Source: a virus (Duplodnaviria; Heunggongvirae; Uroviricota; Caudoviricetes). From it: a DNA stretch of 4,076 nt. This document shows, in pieces, positions 1 through 4,076 of the stretch. The position numbers and the translations under genes were made by a program. Positions within the stretch are counted from its first letter, which is position 1, and every line of letters starts with the position of its first letter. The stretch covers positions 1-4,076 of the IMG/VR virus record IMGVR_UViG_2654587728_000011; one strand, written 5' to 3'. The notes under the pieces were generated by a model. That model saw nothing but the letters and a program-made list of their open reading frames with translations, was not told the origin of the DNA and did no database searches.

Positions 1-331
1 TCTCCCCCGGGTCGCCCTTCGGTCCCTGAGGTCCGGTTGCCCCCACCGGGCCAGCCGCACCTGTTTCTCCTTTCGGTCCCTGTGGGCCTGCCGGGCCTGC
101 CGCACCGGTATCTCCCTTTGGACCCTGTGGACCTGCATTTCCCGTCAGACCGGTCTCTCCCCGCTCTCCCCTGTCACCTTTCGGCCCCTGCGGGCCTGCC
201 GGACCAGCATCACCTGCCGGTCCCCGTTCGCCGGTTGCCCCGACAGGGCCGGTGTCACCGCGCTCTCCCTTATCACCCTTCGGCCCCTGAGGACCCGCGG
301 GCCCCTGTTCCCCCTTTGGCCCGGGAGGTCC
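1..331 (-). repeat. Collagen-like Gly-X-Y triplet-repeat region inside stf (continues beyond window)
   Basis: Minus-strand translation from codon 331 downward reads [110 protein letters not shown], with Gly at every third position and no interruption to the window edge. The 273-aa Pro/Leu-rich plus-strand track ORF 37..858 is the antisense reading of this tract. Confidence 0.85.
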
Positions 332-1081
332 CACCACGGTGGGGATTCGGTTTACGGCGTCTTCCGCCGCTATCCTGCTTTGTTCCGCTGACTGTGCGCT
401 TTCTGCTGACTCCCGGGCTTTTTCTGCTGCGGTCGTTGCATCCCTGGATGCATTACCGGCTGCACTTTCTGCCGTCTTTCTTGACAATTCAGCTTCTGCT
501 GCACTTTGTGATGACTCACTGGCTTTTTGAGCGGCCGCAGAAGCCGAGGACGAGGACGCATCCTCTGACTGCTTTGCTGAGGCTGCACTTTCCGTCGCCT
601 GCCGGGCTGACTCCGATGCATCCCCTGCAGAAGTCTCAGCATTTACTGCACTCTTTTCCGCCTGGCCGGCTGATATACCCGCATTCCTCGCTGACGTCTC
701 TGCCTCTCCGGCATTCTTCTTCGCCTCCTCAGCGTGACGCGCTGCCTCTTCCACCATCTGTTCAAAACGACGCAGTGCCTCCGGACGGACATCATCCTCC
801 GTCATGGCACCGAGAAAATCATTCAGCGTACCCGGCTGAGAATCTTCATACACGGTGATGGTCCCGGCATGTGACGGCGGGAACCCCTCCACCAACAGAA
901 TAACGCTGTACTGACCGTACTCAACGTCCATACTGTAACGCCCGGCTTCATCCGGATTTTCTGAGGCCAGCGTGTTCACCACCACAGTGGTACTGTTACG
1001 TTTTGCTTTCAGCTGGATTGTGCAGTTCTGTACCGGTTTTCCTGTGCCGTCTTTCAGTACACCTGAAATCTTTACTGCCAT
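1..1081 (-). CDS. stf: Side tail fibre protein, lambda Stf-like; N-terminal ~360 codons, 3' end lies beyond the left window edge
   Basis: Minus-strand ATG at 1081..1079 preceded by a G-rich Shine-Dalgarno-like GGGGTG (1085..1090). I hand-translated the frame from 1081 to 841 and from 61 to 1 and found no stop; the absence of any track ORF starting at 1081 is consistent with the frame staying open to the window edge. N-terminus [90 protein letters not shown] is, by recollection, near-identical to the lambda Stf tail-attachment domain. It is followed by an Ala/Ser/Glu-rich segment and a Gly-X-Y tract. Position directly downstream of lom matches the lambda J-lom-stf order. Confidence 0.85.
   Translation of the reverse strand, partial: MAVKISGVLKDGTGKPVQNCTIQLKAKRNSTTVVVNTLASENPDEAGRYSMDVEYGQYSVILLVEGFPPSHAGTITVYEDSQPGTLNDFLGAMTEDDVRPEALRRFEQMVEEAARHAEEAKKNAGEAETSARNAGISAGQAEKSAVNAETSAGDASESARQATESAASAKQSEDASSSSASAAAQKASESSQSAAEAELSRKTAESAAGNASRDATTAAEKARESAESAQSAEQSRIAAEDAVNRIPTVVGPPGPKGEQGPAGPQGPKGDKGERGDTGPVGATGERGPAGDAGPAGPQGPKGDRGERGETGLTGNAGPQGPKGDTGAAGPAGPQGPKGETGAAGPVGATGPQGPKGDPGE
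340..750 (-). repeat. Ala/Ser/Glu-rich degenerate repeat (low-complexity, probably coiled-coil shaft) region inside stf
   Basis: Translation reads ...[125 protein letters not shown]. The plus strand shows the motif ctgcacttt at 462-470, 499-507 and 585-593, encoding the recurring (K/E)SA unit. Confidence 0.6.
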
Positions 1082-1090
1082 ATTCACCCC

Positions 1091-1119
1091 ACAAAAAAGC
1101 CCGCCTGAACCGGCGGGCT
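1091..1119 (-). terminator. Rho-independent terminator downstream of lom, upstream of stf
   Basis: Perfect 7-bp all-GC stem, plus gcccgcc (1099-1105) pairing with ggcgggc (1112-1118), 6-nt loop 1106-1111. The plus-strand A-run 1093-1098 gives a UUUUUU tract immediately 3' of the hairpin on the minus-strand transcript. It sits 27 nt after the lom stop. Confidence 0.7.
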
Positions 1120-1145
1120 GTCATAACACTGTGTTACCTGGCTAA

Positions 1146-1745
1146 TCAGAATTTATAACCGACACCCACGATGAAACCGTCAGTGCGCCAGTCACCACTG
1201 CCGGAGCCTTCATAAGCAATATCAATGGCCACGGACTCGGTCGGGTTAAACTGCACGCCAGCCCCCCACGCCAGAGACGTGTTGCTGTGGCAACCGTCAT
1301 CACTTCCGGTCAGCACATCGTGCGTTTTCCCCTTGTTGTCAGTTACGCGAAGATAATCCCCGGAGAAAGTCGACACACGGCTGTAAGCCACACCCGCCAT
1401 CGCATACGCGCTGAACCATTCATTCACGCGCACAGACGGCCCCGCCATCACGCTGAACCAGCGGTTACGCACGGAATCTTCATGCCAGCGGGTATCGCTG
1501 TAACGGGTAAGCTGGCGATTCTTGTCTCCTGCATAGCTGAATGACGTCACCAGCCCCAGCGTGTCCGTAAATTCATAACGGTATTTCACGTTAATCCCGT
1601 TCAGATCATCGCTGCCGGGAACGTTCGTCGGGGCATGAAGATACCCCGCGCTCAGTGTGGACTGATGTTCAGATGCCCATGCAGGCGCACCGGATACGGC
1701 CAGACAGATGGCTGCGGACAAAATGGCAGCACAAAATTTACGCAT
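1146..1745 (-). CDS. lom: Lom, Ail/Lom-family outer-membrane beta-barrel protein (lysogenic-conversion moron)
   Basis: 199-aa ORF with ATG at 1745..1743. N-terminal signal-peptide-like sequence [25 protein letters not shown]-terminal half ...[11 protein letters not shown]...[43 protein letters not shown] matches, by recollection, the lambda Lom C-terminus, ending in the aromatic residue typical of outer-membrane beta-barrels. Sits between J and stf as in lambda. Confidence 0.9.
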
Positions 1746-1750
1746 AATTA

Positions 1751-1756
1751 CCTCTC
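1751..1756 (-). promoter_or_regulatory. Shine-Dalgarno sequence for lom
   Basis: Minus-strand GAGAGG (plus cctctc at 1751-1756) with a 5-nt spacer before the lom ATG. Confidence 0.6.
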
Positions 1757-1766
1757 GCTTTTCTGC

Positions 1767-1793
1767 AATAAAAAAGGCACCATTTCTGGTGCC
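1767..1793 (-). terminator. Rho-independent terminator immediately downstream of the J stop, upstream of lom
   Basis: 7-bp stem, plus ggcacca (1776-1782) pairing with tggtgcc (1787-1793), 4-nt loop 1783-1786 that reads GAAA (GNRA-type) on the minus-strand RNA. Plus-strand A-run 1770-1775 gives UUUUUUAUU 3' of the hairpin on the minus-strand transcript. Lies 22 nt after the J stop codon (1815-1817). Confidence 0.7.
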
Positions 1794-1814
1794 CTTATAT
1801 GGGTTATAACAATT

Positions 1815-3227
1815 TCAACGAATACTGATGCCGGAAGCGGCTTTTTTGGTCACAATCACCGTACAGTCGGTGATATTACCTGCCCACTGATTGCCTTTAT
1901 GGAAAACCTTAAACTCCAGAGTGACGCTTCCCCTGCCACTCGGCATATCAATAACCGCACTGTAGCTACCGGGAATGGCCCCTTTAGTTTCTCTGGATGC
2001 GATTAATACACCGTTTTTGCGAACTTCAAAACCATAACCCGTGTAACTTGTACCTCCCGGGTTATTACCACTTCCCGGATAGCTATACGCTATTCCGTTA
2101 AAGATAATGGGCGGAATAATGATTTGACGGTCAAAGTTATGATCATCGCTGATGGTGACTGTAACCGTCCCGTTTGGTGTTTCCGTGTTACCCCACGTAC
2201 CAGCCTGTTTCGGGAATGATTTGGATACAGCTTTAACGAAGTCACCTCTGACCTGAGTCGCCTCCAGCATGCCCTTAATCGTACAGTTTTCATTTACCGT
2301 GACATTGTTGAGCGTCCCGGCGTTCGCATTCACACTGCCACTGATATCCGCATTTTTAGCGGTCAGCTTTCCGTCCGGAGTCAGGGAAAATGCCGGTGGA
2401 TTTCCACCGCTGGTAATGGTGGGGGCCGTCAGGCGTTTCAGGAACACGTCGTTCATGAATATCTGATCGCCCTGCCCAACAAACATCGGCTTTGTGTTGC
2501 CATTCGCAGGATTAATCATCGCAATCCTGTCCGCCGCCAGCAGCACCTGACTCTGCATGCCGTCAGGGGTGTTCTCAATACCGGCCCCGATACCCGCAAT
2601 ATAAAGGCGTCCGTCCTGCATCTGCTGCAGCTTCACTGCCCACATGCTGTTCAGGTTATTATTTGTATCAACCTGAACCTTCTGTATCTGCTGGATTGCC
2701 GCACTCTGGTCTTCCAGTTTCTTATTGACAGTCTGCGTGATTTCATTGCTGACATCCGTAATGGACGTCCTGATTTCAGCCAGGTCAGGCGCAAGCTGAC
2801 CGTTATCAATCTGCGTCCACAGCTCCTGAGCCAGATGGGTTTTCCCTATCTCGCCTTTGAAAAAATCCAGGTAACCTTCCGCATCATCGCTCGCCTGACC
2901 GACAGCCTCCACGAATGCCGATTTGCCAACGGTGTTCACACTGCGGATATAAAAGTAATAATCATGGCCCGGTTTGATATTGATACTGGCGGCTATCCAG
3001 TACAGCCCCGTGCCAAGATAGCGGGCTGTGGTTTCAACCTGCCTGATATCGGTAATCCGCTTTTCCGAGAACCAGAACTCAAACTGTACCGTCGGATCAT
3101 AAACCGCAAGATGCGGCGTGGCGGTTATCTGAAAATACCCCGGTATCAGCTCAATCAGTGACAGGCGCTGCCGGTGCCGCAATCCGGAACGATACCGACG
3201 CCGGATCACCCTGCTGCCCCCACGCAT
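1815..3227 (-). CDS. J: gpJ-like host-specificity protein, fragment 3 of 3 (frame C; C-terminal part including the receptor-binding end)
   Basis: 470-aa track ORF. The first ~22 residues ([22 protein letters not shown]) are out-of-frame read-through; gpJ homology begins at [34 protein letters not shown] (about 3161) and runs to ...[15 protein letters not shown], stop at 1817..1815. Confidence 0.85.
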   Translation of the reverse strand: MRGGSRVIRRRYRSGLRHRQRLSLIELIPGYFQITATPHLAVYDPTVQFEFWFSEKRITDIRQVETTARYLGTGLYWIAASINIKPGHDYYFYIRSVNTVGKSAFVEAVGQASDDAEGYLDFFKGEIGKTHLAQELWTQIDNGQLAPDLAEIRTSITDVSNEITQTVNKKLEDQSAAIQQIQKVQVDTNNNLNSMWAVKLQQMQDGRLYIAGIGAGIENTPDGMQSQVLLAADRIAMINPANGNTKPMFVGQGDQIFMNDVFLKRLTAPTITSGGNPPAFSLTPDGKLTAKNADISGSVNANAGTLNNVTVNENCTIKGMLEATQVRGDFVKAVSKSFPKQAGTWGNTETPNGTVTVTISDDHNFDRQIIIPPIIFNGIAYSYPGSGNNPGGTSYTGYGFEVRKNGVLIASRETKGAIPGSYSAVIDMPSGRGSVTLEFKVFHKGNQWAGNITDCTVIVTKKAASGISIR

Positions 3228-3744
3228 TTACCGCCCGGACTGTCAGCCTGTAACGCCCCAACGCCAGCTGCCTGAAGCGGTATGTGGTTTCCGTCGTCCG
3301 GGCCGTGCTGACCAGCCGCTCACTGCCGTCATCCGCTGCCACGGTCAGGCGAAGCAGAAAGCTCACCCCCTTCACCACCTTCGGCGTGTCCCAGCGCGCC
3401 AGCACCTGATATTCCCCACTGTCTGCGGTGACTTCGGCGGTCAGGTGCTGCACCGCTGGCGGCGTGACACCATTCACCGTGCCGCTCTGGTCGCCGTCAA
3501 AGTGCGCCCCGTTATCCACGATGGCCTCTTTCTCCGGCACATGCTGCACAGCAGTGATGGCATACGTGCCGTCATCGTTCTCACGGATACTCACACAGCG
3601 GAACAGGCGCTGACGCAACGTCGGCAACTTCAGCCCCCACACGCTGTATTCGGCAACGCCGTCAGGAACCCGGTTCACTTTCACCTTAAGTCCGTCGGTG
3701 ACGGACTGAACCTCCACGCTCACCGGATTACCACTGCCCGTCAA
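3151..3744 (-). CDS. J: gpJ-like host-specificity protein, fragment 2 of 3 (frame B; fibronectin-III-like central region)
   Basis: Track ORF beginning at a TTG. The homologous part reads [81 protein letters not shown]...[30 protein letters not shown], then runs into out-of-frame VTD* with TGA at 3153..3151. Confidence 0.8.
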   Translation of the reverse strand: MTGSGNPVSVEVQSVTDGLKVKVNRVPDGVAEYSVWGLKLPTLRQRLFRCVSIRENDDGTYAITAVQHVPEKEAIVDNGAHFDGDQSGTVNGVTPPAVQHLTAEVTADSGEYQVLARWDTPKVVKGVSFLLRLTVAADDGSERLVSTARTTETTYRFRQLALGRYRLTVRAVNAWGQQGDPASVSFRIAAPAAPVTD

Positions 3745-4076
3745 CCAGGCTTATCAGCGTGGTACCGGAGGATGGCAGCGTGATTTCACGGTCGAGCGTC
3801 AGCGTCCGGGTCTGGCTGTTCACCGCCAGCACGCGCCCGCCGGTGCTGATACCGGCATAGTCATCATCGCAGATTTCAATGACATCGCCCGGTACATGGC
3901 GAAGCCCTTCAGCACCCACGCTGAAGTCCACGGTCTGCGTTTCCAGCAGTTCTGTTTTAATCAGCCACAGCCCGGCGCGGTGTGCCTGCCCCCGACTGGT
4001 ACAGCCAAAGGCATCCATCTTCGTGACGTTACGACCGTAACGGGCAATGGCCTGCGTGTCCTCCACAAGCTCTGTT
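3728..4076 (-). CDS. J: gpJ-like host-specificity protein, fragment 1 of 3 (frame A; enters from beyond the window, ends at a frameshift-induced stop)
   Basis: Frame is open from the window edge at 4076 (TELVEDTQ...) down to TAA at 3730..3728. The track start at 4066 is an internal GTG, not a true start. Ends ...[14 protein letters not shown], while the lambda-like continuation SGNPVSV is in the next frame. Confidence 0.8.
   Translation of the reverse strand, partial: TELVEDTQAIARYGRNVTKMDAFGCTSRGQAHRAGLWLIKTELLETQTVDFSVGAEGLRHVPGDVIEICDDDYAGISTGGRVLAVNSQTRTLTLDREITLPSSGTTLISLVDGQW

Larger units (their letters stand above)
1815..4076 (-). pseudogene. J: gpJ-like central tail fibre / host-specificity gene, C-terminal ~750 codons (5' end beyond right edge), interrupted by two +1 frameshifts
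   Basis: Three consecutive minus-strand ORFs in three different frames (3728..4076, 3151..3744, 1815..3227) are together collinear with lambda gpJ as I recall it: ...[112 protein letters not shown] / [19 protein letters not shown]...[29 protein letters not shown] / [32 protein letters not shown]...[10 protein letters not shown]. The frame breaks fall exactly where the lambda protein is continuous. Pseudogene versus sequencing error cannot be decided from sequence alone. Confidence 0.6.

Noticed and set aside
370-642. 90-aa minus-strand ORF (Arg/Gln/Lys-rich), plus the 63-aa plus-strand ORF 339..530
   Set aside because: Alternate-frame and antisense readings inside the stf low-complexity segment, with no start context or homology. 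The real stf frame has codons ending at coordinates congruent to 1 mod 3, and these do not.
37-858. 273-aa plus-strand ORF, extremely Pro/Leu/His-rich
   Set aside because: It is the antisense reading of the stf collagen-like and Ala-rich repeat region. The minus-strand frame carries the recognisable Stf homology, and the openness of the plus-strand frame follows from the Gly-Pro codon periodicity.
1746-1815. Possible sigma-70 promoter for lom in the J 3' end and J-lom spacer (ttgtta and tataac/tataag-like hexamers)
   Set aside because: The candidate -35 and -10 elements have wrong spacing or poor matches, and the space between the terminator and the lom start is too short for a full promoter. 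I cannot support a promoter call from sequence alone.
1287-2006. Plus-strand ORFs 1287..1544 (85 aa) and 1635..2006 (123 aa)
   Set aside because: Antisense to lom and to the lom/J junction. The second would have to read through both strands of the J terminator hairpin. Neither has a convincing ribosome-binding site or recognisable protein features.
3151-3745. Programmed ribosomal frameshifting as the explanation for the J frame changes
   Set aside because: Both shifts are +1, neither site shows a recognisable slippery heptamer with a downstream structure, and gpJ is not known to require recoding (the lambda programmed frameshift is the -1 event in G/GT upstream of the tail tip genes). Mutation or sequencing error is more parsimonious.
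2090-3783. Short ORFs inside the J region: minus 2090..2293, plus 2269..2466, 2835..3161, 3428..3613 and 3445..3783
   Set aside because: All are embedded in, or antisense to, the J-homologous frame, which accounts for the whole interval; they are typical spurious ORFs in a GC-rich coding region.
1-4076. Novel defence system, toxin-antitoxin pair, CRISPR array, tRNA or insertion sequence
   Set aside because: The entire window is accounted for by J, lom and stf with only 69-nt and 64-nt spacers, each filled by a terminator. There are no spacer-repeat arrays, no cloverleaf-like candidates, and no inverted-repeat-bounded transposase-sized ORF. The known moron hot-spot beyond stf lies outside this window.

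Overview
The whole window is the distal end of a lambdoid-phage tail gene block (most likely a prophage), with every real gene on the minus strand in the lambda order J - lom - stf. (1) 1815..4076: the C-terminal ~750 codons of a gpJ-like central tail fibre / host-specificity gene, running off the right edge; it is split into three reading frames by two separate 1-nt insertions, so it is either a pseudogene or carries two base-calling errors. (2) 1146..1745: an intact lom gene (Ail/Lom-family outer-membrane beta-barrel, a classic lysogenic-conversion moron), with a hairpin plus U-tract intrinsic terminator on each side. (3) 1..1081: the 5' ~360 codons of a side tail fibre gene (stf) running off the left edge, with a conserved lambda-Stf-like N-terminus, an Ala/Ser/Glu-rich degenerate repeat segment, then a long collagen-like Gly-X-Y tract. 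The ORF track misses stf because it has no in-window stop, and all plus-strand ORFs in the track are antisense or alternate-frame artefacts. I see no tRNA, rRNA, CRISPR array, IS element or recognisable defence or toxin cargo; the only non-coding gaps are the two short terminator-containing spacers. The points worth a second look are the doubly frameshifted J gene, the collagen-like fibre with reiterated nucleotide motifs, the terminator-bracketed lom moron, and the diverged J receptor-binding end. Homology calls rest on my recollection of lambda gpJ, Lom and Stf sequences; no alignment or database search was run.
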